Source of the DNA: Fibrobacteraceae bacterium
Lineage (GTDB): Bacteria > Fibrobacterota > Fibrobacteria > Fibrobacterales > Fibrobacteraceae
DNA length: 64,000 nt
Direction: 5' to 3'
NCBI GenBank assembly: GCA_017625775.1
Contig: JAGAKE010000012.1
Span: forward strand, 29,120-93,119
The notes under the pieces are model-generated. The model was given only the letters and a program-made list of their open reading frames with translations, did not search any database and was not told the DNA's origin. The position numbers were made by a program, and so were the translations under genes. This document shows, piece by piece, positions 26,574 to 36,286 of this stretch (position 1 is the stretch's first letter; every line of letters begins with the position of its first letter).

Positions 26574-27527
26574 CTATTTCCAACTGCAATTTATTGAAAT
26601 TATGGTTGTTGGCATTCCTATTATTTGTATATCAAATTTTAAACTTTGTTCAACCTTGGTTGAGGCATTGTGTATTCTAAAATTAAATTGCCAACCACCA
26701 TCCATATATAATTCAACAGTATTAGAACTGTTTGGCTTAAAATCAAAACTCACAATTCTTGTTGGCAACAAAACAACAGGAATTTTTATTTTTGGATTTA
26801 TAGTTCTCGTTGATTTATTTAATGTTCCATGCAAATTGTAAGATTGAATTTGTGTGATTCTTTTTGAATCAATGCTAATAACTTTATAGAAGTCAAATTC
26901 ACCAAGTAGGTATTCAACCATTTTTTGTGGAACCATAGGATTTTGTTTTGTACTTTCTTTTATCTCCTCCATGAAAGCATTTAATATTGGTTTGTAGACA
27001 TTATTGTTTTTCGATGGTAAGTCACTCCAATTTTTGTTCTGTGAAATTTGTTCAGCAAGATAATCAAAAACGGGTTTAATATTATTCCAATAAGTTTCAG
27101 AACAGGGAATTGCAAACCATTTCTTGCCAAAATCTAAATTTCTACCTAATCGACTATGTTTAACTGCAAAGTGATTGTGTTTGATGCTTAGACCGATTTC
27201 CCAGCAAACATCTTTACGAGAAATTAGAATGTCTCTAACATCGCCTTCTTTGCCTTCATTGTCAGTTTGAATCTGTAATTTTAACACATCATTTCCATCT
27301 TCAATAATCATGGATTCCATATCAAATATGGTTTGTACCGCAACTTTTGCACTCTCGCTTAGTAAAGATTTAAAATTATCATCAACAAAATTCCAAGCAT
27401 TTTGTGCAGCTGTGAATGCACTATTTTCAATAATTTCGGATTTACGAATTTTATTTATTTCTTCATTAAGAGTTAATAAGCAAATATATTCATATGCACG
27501 ACCTTGATTATTGCTTTGTACACTCAT
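26574..27527 (-). CDS. Type II restriction endonuclease, HaeIII-like (putative)
   Basis: 317-aa ORF 3 nt downstream of the m5C methyltransferase gene. The N-terminal NNQGRAYEY resembles the RE_HaeIII family as I recall it. Confidence 0.6.
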   Translation of the reverse strand: MSVQSNNQGRAYEYICLLTLNEEINKIRKSEIIENSAFTAAQNAWNFVDDNFKSLLSESAKVAVQTIFDMESMIIEDGNDVLKLQIQTDNEGKEGDVRDILISRKDVCWEIGLSIKHNHFAVKHSRLGRNLDFGKKWFAIPCSETYWNNIKPVFDYLAEQISQNKNWSDLPSKNNNVYKPILNAFMEEIKESTKQNPMVPQKMVEYLLGEFDFYKVISIDSKRITQIQSYNLHGTLNKSTRTINPKIKIPVVLLPTRIVSFDFKPNSSNTVELYMDGGWQFNFRIHNASTKVEQSLKFDIQIIGMPTTIISINCSWK

Positions 27528-27530
27528 GTT

Positions 27531-28523
27531 TTACTCCTTTGTTTCTTTTAATTTTTTCATAATACATTCAGCAACTTGTTTTGCTAATTTAACAGGAACG
27601 GCATTACCAATCATTTTATATCCATCTGCAACATCTCTATAATAGAATTTGAAATCGTCTGGGAATGTTTGTATTCTTGCACACTCTCTCACACTTAATC
27701 TTCTATATAAATCTTCTTTACCTGGAACAAAAATTCTCTTATTTTGCTCAACAAACAACATTTTAGGGGCTTGTGGGTGAATTGGTGCATGTCTGCCACC
27801 TGCTTGTATAGTAAACGAAGGCTCTTCCCAAGACCTAACCCTATTTCTTGACATAAATATAGTTGAGAATGAACCGGTTAAATATTCGTGATTTGGTATT
27901 TTACACTCATCTCCATTAGTTTTATTTAATGGTTTGGCAGGCAACACATTTTCTTGCAAATCCCAAATAACATCTTTTAATGGTACAATAGGTTGTTTAA
28001 TTAGGTTTAATTCAAAATCCTTAATATTTAAATCTTTTCTAAATCCTATATAAAAAACCCTTTTTCTATCCTGTGGAACACCATAGTCAGACGCATTCAC
28101 TAATGTTAATGACACATCATAATTTGCATCATTAAATAATCTTAATATATTTTGTACAGCATCACCATGGACAGAAGAAAGCATGCCAACAACATTTTCA
28201 GCTACAAAGAATTTTGGTTGTTTATCTTTCAATATTCTTATAAACTCAAAAAATAATTGACCTCTTGCATCTTCAAAACCCTTCATTTTCCCGGCCTCGC
28301 TCCAACTTTGACAAGGTGGTCCACCAATAATACCATCACAATCAGGTATTTCTTCCGACTTTATATCTCTAATATCCCTTTTGTCTAAAATTGCAGAATG
28401 ATTTTTTTCAAAAGTTTCCCAAATAGTTTTATCATATTCATTTGCATAAATAATATCAAAACCAGCTTGTTCAAATCCTAAATCCAAACCACCGGCACCA
28501 GAGAAAAAACTAACAACTTTCAT
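27531..28523 (-). CDS. DNA (cytosine-5)-methyltransferase, M.HaeIII-like
   Basis: Motif [13 protein letters not shown], motif [14 protein letters not shown] (FVAENV), [11 protein letters not shown] and GNAVPV. It is 330 aa and collinear with my recollection of M.HaeIII. Confidence 0.95.
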   Translation of the reverse strand: MKVVSFFSGAGGLDLGFEQAGFDIIYANEYDKTIWETFEKNHSAILDKRDIRDIKSEEIPDCDGIIGGPPCQSWSEAGKMKGFEDARGQLFFEFIRILKDKQPKFFVAENVVGMLSSVHGDAVQNILRLFNDANYDVSLTLVNASDYGVPQDRKRVFYIGFRKDLNIKDFELNLIKQPIVPLKDVIWDLQENVLPAKPLNKTNGDECKIPNHEYLTGSFSTIFMSRNRVRSWEEPSFTIQAGGRHAPIHPQAPKMLFVEQNKRIFVPGKEDLYRRLSVRECARIQTFPDDFKFYYRDVADGYKMIGNAVPVKLAKQVAECIMKKLKETKE

Positions 28524-28744
28524 ACTTAAAATTCCTTTAAATATTATCTAATAGCATTATAATATAAACTTTTAAATTTTGTATTAAATAATTAAATTTT
28601 TACAAAAAAAATAAAATCTTGTCTCATAACTTTTTATTTAACCTTTTTTTAAGTCATATATTGCAAAGTTTTTGTAGGGTCCCAAAATACTTTGTCCGAT
28701 ATTTTGGGGATATTATATAAAACATTCTTTTTATCTCATCTACA

Positions 28745-28784
28745 TTTTAAAAATCCAAAACCGAACTTTACTCGTGAAGTAAAG
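28745..28784 (-). terminator. intrinsic terminator after uvrC
   Basis: Stem ctttac (28766-28771) pairs with gtaaag (28779-28784), followed on the minus strand by a T-rich tract. Confidence 0.45.
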
Positions 28785-28793
28785 CCACAAAGG

Positions 28794-30629
28794 TTACTCT
28801 TCTTCTACGATTTTCTGAACCGCTGCACGAATTTTTTGGCTACGGACTTTACCGAGAAGCTGTTCTAAATCTTCTAACGGAGCGCTTAAGAAATCTTCTG
28901 CCGAACGGTATTTAGAAAGGATTTTAATTCTCGTTTCCCGCCCAACACCTTCTACATCTAACCATTTCACTTCTAAAGAAGATTTTCTTTTAGAGCGTTG
29001 GTAAGTAATGGCAAAACGGTGAGCTTCATCACGGGCGTTCTGCAAAAGTTTTAGCGCGGGGTTTGTGCGTTTTAAAATAACCGAAGGTTTATCTCCAGGA
29101 AACACAATTTCTTCAAGGCGCTTCGCAAGCCCAATTAAAGGCAAATGCTCATAACCTAATTTTTTCAAAATAGAATAAGTAGCTTCCACTTGACCTTTAC
29201 CGCCATCGCACACCCACAAATCAGGAAGTTCTAAACCCTCTTCTTCTAAACGCCGTAACCGCCTAGACATCACTTCTTGCATACTGGCAAAATCATCAAT
29301 TCCGTCAACCGTTTTAATAATGAATTTTCTGTAATTCTTTTTATCTGGCCTTCCATTTTTAAAAGTCACAACACTTGCAACGGTATTACTGCCAGAAAGG
29401 TGAGAAATATCCGCACATTCAATTCTAAAAGGTGCTTTTGGCAATTCTAAAATTTTCTGCAATTCAAAAACGCCCTTTTCAATATCATCATATTTTTTTG
29501 ATTCTGCAGCCATTTCAACCAAAAGCATTTCTGCATTTGCGATAGCAAGTTTCATAAACCCTAGCTTTTCGCCTCGCTGCGGCACAAACAAATTCACTTT
29601 TCGCCCGGCACGTTCTGAAAGCATTTCTTCTAGCAAAGCCCCAGGTTCGCCTAAATCACGTTCTAAAGCAATTTCTGGCGGAATTTCCGTTTCTTCTGCA
29701 TACCAAATCGGAATCATTTGCCTACAAATTTCAGTTTCATCATCTTCTAAATTACATTCTAATCGAAAATGCCTGCGACCATAAAAAACGCCTGCTCTAT
29801 ATTCAAGAATCACTGCCACCGCTTTCTTTTCATGACGCCTAACCGCTAAAACATCCATTTTCAAAGAAACATCTGCACTATCAGCTTTTTGTTTTGCCGC
29901 TGTAGTTTGCAAAGCAAAAATTATATCACGCTTTTTCGCCGCCGTTTCAAAATCAAATTTTTCACTAGCTTCCTGCATTTCTTGTTCATACAGCGTAATC
30001 AAATCATCTCGCTTACCAGAAAGCAGCTGAAGAGCTTTTCGTGTATTTTCCTTATATTCTGACACATCGCATAAATTAGCACACGGACCAAGACAACGCC
30101 CAATATGATAATTCAAACAAGGTTTCCCACTTGCGGCAGGAAGTTTCAAAGAGCATTCTCGTATTTTAAACAACCGTGCCGAAAGATCCACCAAATGCCG
30201 AATAACCCGCGTTCCCATATAAGGTCCAAAATACATGGCGCCATCATTTTTCACAGAACGCGTCACTTCTAAACGCGGAAAAGGCTCGTGCATATCCACT
30301 TTTATGTAAGGAAAATGCTTGTCATCTTTTAAACGAACATTGTAAATCGGGGTGTGTTTTCGAACTAAATTTGCTTCTAAAATTAGCGCTTCTCGTTCAG
30401 ATTCCGTAATAATCCACTCTATATCGTGAATATGAGGAAGCATCAAAGAGGCTGCCCTGTGCCCTGCATGATCTCTGCCATCAAAATAACTTCGAACTCG
30501 ATTTTTTAAAATTTTAGCTTTTCCAATATAAATAATATGCCCTTTGGCATTTTTCATCAAATAAACGCCCGGCCGTAGCGGTAATTCAGACAAACGTTTA
30601 GAAAGGTGTTCGGAAATTATAGTACCCAT
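28794..30629 (-). CDS. uvrC: excinuclease ABC subunit C
   Basis: GIY-YIG N-terminus (PGVYLMKNAKGHIIYIGKAKILKNRV) and a C-terminal HhH region. The likely start is MGTIIS at 30629; the ORF is open to 30674. Confidence 0.95.
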   Translation of the reverse strand: MGTIISEHLSKRLSELPLRPGVYLMKNAKGHIIYIGKAKILKNRVRSYFDGRDHAGHRAASLMLPHIHDIEWIITESEREALILEANLVRKHTPIYNVRLKDDKHFPYIKVDMHEPFPRLEVTRSVKNDGAMYFGPYMGTRVIRHLVDLSARLFKIRECSLKLPAASGKPCLNYHIGRCLGPCANLCDVSEYKENTRKALQLLSGKRDDLITLYEQEMQEASEKFDFETAAKKRDIIFALQTTAAKQKADSADVSLKMDVLAVRRHEKKAVAVILEYRAGVFYGRRHFRLECNLEDDETEICRQMIPIWYAEETEIPPEIALERDLGEPGALLEEMLSERAGRKVNLFVPQRGEKLGFMKLAIANAEMLLVEMAAESKKYDDIEKGVFELQKILELPKAPFRIECADISHLSGSNTVASVVTFKNGRPDKKNYRKFIIKTVDGIDDFASMQEVMSRRLRRLEEEGLELPDLWVCDGGKGQVEATYSILKKLGYEHLPLIGLAKRLEEIVFPGDKPSVILKRTNPALKLLQNARDEAHRFAITYQRSKRKSSLEVKWLDVEGVGRETRIKILSKYRSAEDFLSAPLEDLEQLLGKVRSQKIRAAVQKIVEEE

Positions 30630-30731
30630 TGTTCTAGGAATGTAAAAAATAATATCTAATATCGTATCTATCAAAAAACAAATTTATTATCTTAAAGTTA
30701 AGATGTTTTTCTTAACCGCCAAGGAGCTCGT

Positions 30732-31904
30732 ATGAACCTAGAACAAATCCATTCTCTTAGCCAAAAAATCGAACGAGTTTTGGAATCTTCTCGCGTTTTA
30801 AAGGCTGAAAATGGTCATTTACGGGCAAGAACCGAAGAACTCCAGCAAAAATTAAATGAATCAGAAACTCAAAAACAAGAAGCAACCGCTCAAATTGCTC
30901 AAAAAGATGAAGAAATTTTTGATTTGAATTCAAAACTTGTTGAAACAGAGCGAAATCTAAAGGCTACTTCAGAAAAAGTGAATACAGGAGTTACTGCATT
31001 AGAGGAAGCGAAAACAACAATTAAAGTTCTTTCTGATGAAAAAGATGAACTTTCCGCTAAACTTGAAGAGCTTCAAAAGCAAAATGAAATTCTCCAGCAA
31101 TCTGTAAACGAAAAGCAAGAAGAATTAGCCGCTTTTAACGAAGAAAAAGAATCTCTAAAACAAGAAACAATTGAATTAAAAAATGTCTCAGAATACAAAA
31201 CATCACAAATTAACGAAAAAGAAGCTGAAATTCAAACTTTACAGGAATCTGAAAGCAAACTAAATAGCGAACTTGAAAACCTACGTCAAGAACTTGCCCA
31301 AAAAGAGGAAACGATTTCAGCACTTCGCCAAGATACTGAAAATTTAACGGCAGAAAACCAATCTTTGAACGAAACTTTGCAAGAAGTTCAACAAAAATTT
31401 GAAGATTTAAACAGCATGCTTCAAAACACGCTCGATTTAGAACTTCCTCTCGCAAGCGCCCCACAAGAAGTTTACGAATCTACTTCTAATGAACCTACTC
31501 TTTCCCAAGAAGTTTCAGAAGAAGAACTCGATCAAGTTTCTGCCATTCGCGCCGAAATGGATTTTTCAGAATCGCCTTTTTCAGAAGAACCTGAAGAATC
31601 TTTAGAAGAAACTGAAGAAACTATTTCAGAAACCATTCAAGAAAATAATTCAAGCAACACTTCTACAGAAAATGAAGTTCCCGAATTTTCCGCCGAAGAA
31701 AACATAGCGAAAATTAGAGAAGAAGCTCTTGAACTAGATTTTTCTGCTCCACCTCAAGAAGAATCTGTTGCAGAAACAAACGAACCAGAAGAAGCAAAAA
31801 AAGAGGCTTCTTCTACTGCTCCAAAAACCGAAAACGAACATGGAAATTATTTCCGACTGAAATGGATGATGTCTAATGACCCATTTGGGGTAGGGAGTAA
31901 ATAA
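30732..31904 (+). CDS. coiled-coil protein with ZapB-like N-terminus and acidic C-terminus
   Basis: Heptad-rich E/K/Q/L sequence throughout. Its stop overlaps the zapA-like start (TAATG). Confidence 0.75.
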   Translation: MNLEQIHSLSQKIERVLESSRVLKAENGHLRARTEELQQKLNESETQKQEATAQIAQKDEEIFDLNSKLVETERNLKATSEKVNTGVTALEEAKTTIKVLSDEKDELSAKLEELQKQNEILQQSVNEKQEELAAFNEEKESLKQETIELKNVSEYKTSQINEKEAEIQTLQESESKLNSELENLRQELAQKEETISALRQDTENLTAENQSLNETLQEVQQKFEDLNSMLQNTLDLELPLASAPQEVYESTSNEPTLSQEVSEEELDQVSAIRAEMDFSESPFSEEPEESLEETEETISETIQENNSSNTSTENEVPEFSAEENIAKIREEALELDFSAPPQEESVAETNEPEEAKKEASSTAPKTENEHGNYFRLKWMMSNDPFGVGSK

Positions 31905-32230
31905 TGGAAAAACAATCCCTAGCACTACGCCCTGCTAAAATCACGATTGCACAAGAACGGCTCAATATTCAAACAGATCTTTCAGATCAAGAACTCGAAA
32001 AGATTCTTGAATACTTAAACCGAAAAATTGAAAAGTATATTGGCGAAAATACTAATGAAACTAAAAAGCGCTTGCTTCTAATGGCGCTTGATATTTCTGC
32101 TGAATTTTTTGATGTTCGTCACCGCTACCATAAACTTGCTGAAAACGAAAAAAACATAGAAAAAGAAATTTCTACACTCAATAATTTGCTTCAGCAAGAA
32201 TTAGACGATCAAAAAGCAAGTGAATCATAA
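31904..32230 (+). CDS. zapA: cell division protein ZapA-like
   Basis: 108 aa. The pattern (KITIAQERLNIQTD...LEKILEYLNRKIEKY...LLLMALDISAEF) matches the ZapA layout as I recall it. Confidence 0.55.
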   Translation: MEKQSLALRPAKITIAQERLNIQTDLSDQELEKILEYLNRKIEKYIGENTNETKKRLLLMALDISAEFFDVRHRYHKLAENEKNIEKEISTLNNLLQQELDDQKASES

Positions 32231-32315
32231 ATTTATTCTTTTTATCTTACTAGAAAACAGATTATCTACGCAAAAATACTTCTTGTCAAGTAAGCGTGAT
32301 TTTCAAAAAAAATAC

Positions 32316-32344
32316 TTGTTTCTTCCACCTAGATAGTTTATATT
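32316..32344 (+). promoter_or_regulatory. sigma70-like promoter TTGTTT-17-TATATT
   Basis: Hexamers at 32316-32321 and 32339-32344. The predicted start at about 32350 coincides with the 5' arm of the long closing stem. Confidence 0.4.
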
Positions 32345-32349
32345 AAAGT

Positions 32350-32533
32350 AAACATCCTAGCGACGCATGCCCGATCTAACAGGATACTAAAAGCTCGTTA
32401 CTCTCGAATTTCGTTTATACGTGCATGTCATGAAAAACAGAATCTCGAGGAACTGCTATCTTTTCATCGAAAGTAGCTTCGAGCATTAACCGCTTGGGAT
32501 GTTTCCTCCGCTCTTTCGGCGGAGTTTTTTTTT
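32350..32533 (+). ncRNA. ssrS: candidate 6S RNA (ssrS) with intrinsic terminator
   Basis: The 5' aaacatcctagcg (32350-32362) pairs with the 3' cgcttgggatgttt (32491-32504). Internal pairs are gctcg/cgagc and atgaaaa/ttttcat. The terminator is ctccgc..gcggag plus T9 (32506-32533). The element lies immediately downstream of zapA. Confidence 0.45.
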
Positions 32534-32541
32534 GAGGATTT

Positions 32542-33576
32542 ATGCACCCTATATTAAAACACGCTCTTGAAGGCAAGCGAATTGATTCAAACGCCGCGCT
32601 TGAAATTTTACGCCACGCCAACTGGACTGAAGTAGTCCAAGTAGCTAACGCTTTACGCCACCAAAAATTGCCCGAAAACAAAGTAGGCTACACTGTTTTT
32701 AGAATCATCAATTACACCAATATTTGCAGCGTTCGTTGTTCTTTCTGTTCTTTTTGCAGGTATGACAATGACAACGATGCCTACACACTTTCCCTAGAAG
32801 AAATTCGCAAAAAAACAAAAGAAGCAAAAGCCATTGGAGCCGATCAAATCTTTTTACAAGGCGGAGTTCACCCAGGCTTGCCTTTGAACTATTATACAGA
32901 AATTTTAGAAATGCTTACTCAAGAAGAAGGCGTTTCCGTGCGAGCTTTTTCCCCAGTCGAACTCAAGCGCATGAGCGAAAACTTTAAAATTCCATTGCCA
33001 GAACTCTTAGAAATTTTAAAGAAGTCCGGACTTTCTTCAGTTCCTGGAGCCGGTGCTGAAATTTTATCTGACAGAATGCGAGAAAAGCTCAGTCCAAGAA
33101 AACTCAGTGCCAAAGAATGGTGCGACACAATGCAAGCGTGCCATGAATCAAACTTACCGGGAAGCGCCAATATTGTTTTTGGAAGCGACGAAACTCCAGA
33201 AGAAATTATCGAACATTTAACTCATATCCGAAATGTTCAAGACAAAACAGGCGGCTTCAAATCCTTTGTCGTATGGACATTCCAACCGCAAACAAACGAT
33301 TTCCCTATTCGCCATGTGAGTGGCATGGAATATTTAAAACTTCTTGCTCTCTCCAGAATTTTTTTAGACAACGTTCCGCACATTGAAGTTTCCATTCTCG
33401 GCATGGGACGTGTACTAGGCGAAATGGGTCTTCACGCAGGCGCCGACGACATCAACAGCATAGTCATCGAAGAAAACGTTTTACAATCCCAAGGTTTAAC
33501 TTCAATAGCCGAAGCAGAAGAATTCATCCGTCAAGCAGGTTTCACGCCATACAGACGTTCTTTAAATTTTGATTAA
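32542..33576 (+). CDS. radical SAM menaquinone (futalosine pathway) enzyme, MqnC/MqnE family
   Basis: CSVRCSFCSF (CxxxCxxC). The family-typical NYTNIC, PGAGAEIL and IEENV blocks are present. Confidence 0.85.
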   Translation: MHPILKHALEGKRIDSNAALEILRHANWTEVVQVANALRHQKLPENKVGYTVFRIINYTNICSVRCSFCSFCRYDNDNDAYTLSLEEIRKKTKEAKAIGADQIFLQGGVHPGLPLNYYTEILEMLTQEEGVSVRAFSPVELKRMSENFKIPLPELLEILKKSGLSSVPGAGAEILSDRMREKLSPRKLSAKEWCDTMQACHESNLPGSANIVFGSDETPEEIIEHLTHIRNVQDKTGGFKSFVVWTFQPQTNDFPIRHVSGMEYLKLLALSRIFLDNVPHIEVSILGMGRVLGEMGLHAGADDINSIVIEENVLQSQGLTSIAEAEEFIRQAGFTPYRRSLNFD

Positions 33577-33578
33577 GA

Positions 33579-33655
33579 ATTTTCTGCGGCTTTTTGTTGA
33601 AGGCTCAAAAATCGGCGTTCTCTCAAAAAAGCGTCGTATAAAAGCCGCAGAAAAT
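33579..33655. repeat. perfect 16-bp inverted repeat with 45-nt loop
   Basis: attttctgcggctttt (33579-33594) pairs with aaaagccgcagaaaat (33640-33655), starting 3 nt after the mqn stop. Confidence 0.8.
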
Positions 33656-33766
33656 CAGCTACATATTTCCAATATTCCGCTTTGAATTTTATTTCCAATT
33701 TGATTTTTCATTTTAAATAAAATCCTCTGCGTTTTTCATACTTCATTTTTTTATTTTTAGAACGTT

Positions 33767-35527
33767 ATGAAACAATTTATCCTTTTATTTCTTCTGTGTT
33801 CAGTAGCGCTTCACGCAAGAATCGCTTTAGAACCAAACATCAACAAAGACCGTTTAGAAGCAAAAGAAGAATTTGAACTCCACATGGATGTTCTAAAATC
33901 AGACTTAAAAAACTTTACTCCTAGAGAATCTCCGCAACTCAAAGTAGAAAGTGATTTTCATTTTCTCGGATTAGACAGTGCCGACACGTACGTTTCTGAT
34001 TTTTTTGATCGCTACCCTGTTCGCCGTTACAAATTCAAATTAAAAGCACCAAATAAAACTGGTCGCCAAAATATCGGTTCTGTAACTTGGAAAATTCAAG
34101 ATTCAGAATACACCGTTTACCCCTCATTACAAGTTACCGTTCATCAATCTTACAATTCCCCCGCATTACGCGTTTCTTTAACGCCAAGCAAAAAAACAAT
34201 TTATGAAGGCGAACAATTTTATGTTACCATTTCATTTCACACATTTGAACATTTTGCCGGAGCTCTTCAAGCAAAATCAATGGATTTAGGAAACGATTTT
34301 ATCGTTCATCGTTCTGATTTAGCAAACTTAGAATTCAAAAGAGTTCCAAATTCTCACGAACAAAAAGCAAGTGCCAAATTTGCTTGGCTAGCCCCAACCA
34401 AAAGTGGTTCATTAAACATTCCATCTTTTACTTTTTCATATACAAAACAAGGCGCTCCTAAAGTTGTTGAAGAAAACAAATCACGCGGCGGCTTTTCAAT
34501 GAGTTTCAAATCTATTAAGCAAGAAACCGAAGAAGCCGAAGCCGCTACAGCACCGGTAAAAATCAATGTGCTACCACTTCCTCCAAACGCTCCTTCAAAC
34601 TTTTCTGGCATGGTCGGCGCTTATTCTTTCAAAGCAGAAATTGACAGAGATTCATTAAAAGTTGGCGAAGCTCTTACTTTATCTATTTCTATTCGCGGCG
34701 ACGGAAAACCAGGCACCATTACAGATCCAAAACTTCCTGATTTTAGCGAGTTTCGTTCAGTTCCGCCAGAAACGAATATTCAGAAAAAAATTTCTAACGG
34801 AAAAACCATTACTTCAAAAGACCTAAAAATATTCCTTTATCCAAAACGTAAAGGTGAATTTGAAATTCCTGCCATCAGTTATTCTTGGTTTAATCCAGCA
34901 AAGAAAAAATATGAAACTTCTAGCGCAGGACCTTTTAAAATAAAAGTTGAAAAAGGCGAAACTGTTGCAGAAACGCCAAGCACTTCTATACCATTAAGCG
35001 TTACCAAACAAGAAATTGAAACTCTTGGCTCCGATATTCGTTTCATCAAAAAAGTTACTCCAAAAACAAAAGCAAATCCTCTTTACAAAAACCCACTTTT
35101 CATCATTTTCTTCTTATTCCCTATTCCACTCTACTTTATTCTAATTATGCTTTGGAAACGCTATCGTCGAAATCAAAACGATGCCGCATTCCTTCGTCAA
35201 AGAAAAGCATCTAAAAATTATAAAGAAGCCATTCAACTAGCCGAAAAAGCAATGCAAGCCAATGATTCAAAATCTTTCTATGCCGCTATTGAAACGGCGC
35301 TTATCGGCTACCTAAGCGATAGAACGAATTTAGAATTCCGCGGCATGTTACGCGATTCCAGAGAATCTGTTTTACGCGAAAGAAAAATTTCTGATGAAAA
35401 AATTTCACAAATAGAATCTTGGCTCGAAAAATGTGCCGCTGGCCGATTCCTGCCAGGATCAGCCCCTGCAGAAAACAACATGCTCCTACAAGAATTCAAA
35501 AAATTTGTTTCAGGGCTGGAGGTTTAA
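33767..35527 (+). CDS. BatD-like (oxygen-tolerance family) membrane protein
   Basis: Signal peptide, a large extracytoplasmic region, a late TM helix (LFIIFFLFPIPLYFILIML) and a cytoplasmic tail. It is followed by a BatE-like gene. Confidence 0.65.
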   Translation: MKQFILLFLLCSVALHARIALEPNINKDRLEAKEEFELHMDVLKSDLKNFTPRESPQLKVESDFHFLGLDSADTYVSDFFDRYPVRRYKFKLKAPNKTGRQNIGSVTWKIQDSEYTVYPSLQVTVHQSYNSPALRVSLTPSKKTIYEGEQFYVTISFHTFEHFAGALQAKSMDLGNDFIVHRSDLANLEFKRVPNSHEQKASAKFAWLAPTKSGSLNIPSFTFSYTKQGAPKVVEENKSRGGFSMSFKSIKQETEEAEAATAPVKINVLPLPPNAPSNFSGMVGAYSFKAEIDRDSLKVGEALTLSISIRGDGKPGTITDPKLPDFSEFRSVPPETNIQKKISNGKTITSKDLKIFLYPKRKGEFEIPAISYSWFNPAKKKYETSSAGPFKIKVEKGETVAETPSTSIPLSVTKQEIETLGSDIRFIKKVTPKTKANPLYKNPLFIIFFLFPIPLYFILIMLWKRYRRNQNDAAFLRQRKASKNYKEAIQLAEKAMQANDSKSFYAAIETALIGYLSDRTNLEFRGMLRDSRESVLRERKISDEKISQIESWLEKCAAGRFLPGSAPAENNMLLQEFKKFVSGLEV

Positions 35528-35530
35528 ATC

Positions 35531-36286
35531 ATGAAAATAATTTTCTTACTTTTACTCAGTTTATTTTCTGCCTCTCTTGCCGAAAATTCCAACATAGCTT
35601 TAAAAAATGCCACAAAAGCATACGAGCAAAATGACTTTTCGCAAGCCATTGATTTGTGGAAACAAGAATTAGAAAAAGGTCTCTACAACGACCAAATCCT
35701 GTATAATCTCGGAAATGCTTATTATCGAGAAGGGAAAATTGGTTACGCCATTTTCTATTACGAATCGGCGCTCAAATTAAATCCAACCGACCAAGATATT
35801 GCATATAACTTAAAGCTTGCAAAATCTCAAACCAAAGACAAAGTAGAATCATCAGCAGAAGAAAACCCTATACTTTCTACATTGTTCTCAATTCACCATT
35901 TTCTAAGCCTAAAATCACAACTTATCTTGCTTGGCGTTTTAGTTTGGCTTCTAAGTTTATTTGCTTTCTTAAGAATTGCACTTCCGTCTCCCAAAGCAAA
36001 AAATATCACCATCGGTTTTATTTTTGGATTTTCTTTAATATTCTGCATTTTGCTTTCTAGCACAGCCTACAAAATTTATCAAGCAGAAACCGATTCTCGT
36101 GGCGTTGTAATTGCCGCGAACACCGACGTTTTCAGCGGACCGAACGAAAAAAATTCCACACTTCACACGCTTTCAGAAGGAACCGTTTTTCAAGTGTTAT
36201 CCATACAAGGAAAATGGGCTGAAATTTCCATTGGCGAACGAATCCGTGGTTTTGTTTCACTTTCTGATGTAAATGTAATTCCATGA
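35531..36286 (+). CDS. TPR + SH3-like domain protein (BatE-like)
   Basis: Signal peptide, TPR signature (LYNLGNAYYREGKIGYAIFYYESALKLNP), TM helices, and a C-terminal SH3b-like VFQVLSIQGKWAEISIGERIRGFV. Confidence 0.6.
   Translation: MKIIFLLLLSLFSASLAENSNIALKNATKAYEQNDFSQAIDLWKQELEKGLYNDQILYNLGNAYYREGKIGYAIFYYESALKLNPTDQDIAYNLKLAKSQTKDKVESSAEENPILSTLFSIHHFLSLKSQLILLGVLVWLLSLFAFLRIALPSPKAKNITIGFIFGFSLIFCILLSSTAYKIYQAETDSRGVVIAANTDVFSGPNEKNSTLHTLSEGTVFQVLSIQGKWAEISIGERIRGFVSLSDVNVIP

Noticed and set aside
24552-28793. att-like direct repeats flanking the second islet
   Set aside because: I saw only short AT-rich coincidences (about 9 nt, for example taaaacatt). That is not convincing without a computed comparison.
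32350-32533. Alternative reading of the structured RNA as a riboswitch or attenuator for the downstream radical-SAM mqn gene
   Set aside because: I recognise no riboswitch consensus (for example SAM-I). The own promoter, long closing stem and zapA synteny fit 6S RNA better. This reading is not excluded and is listed under the finding.
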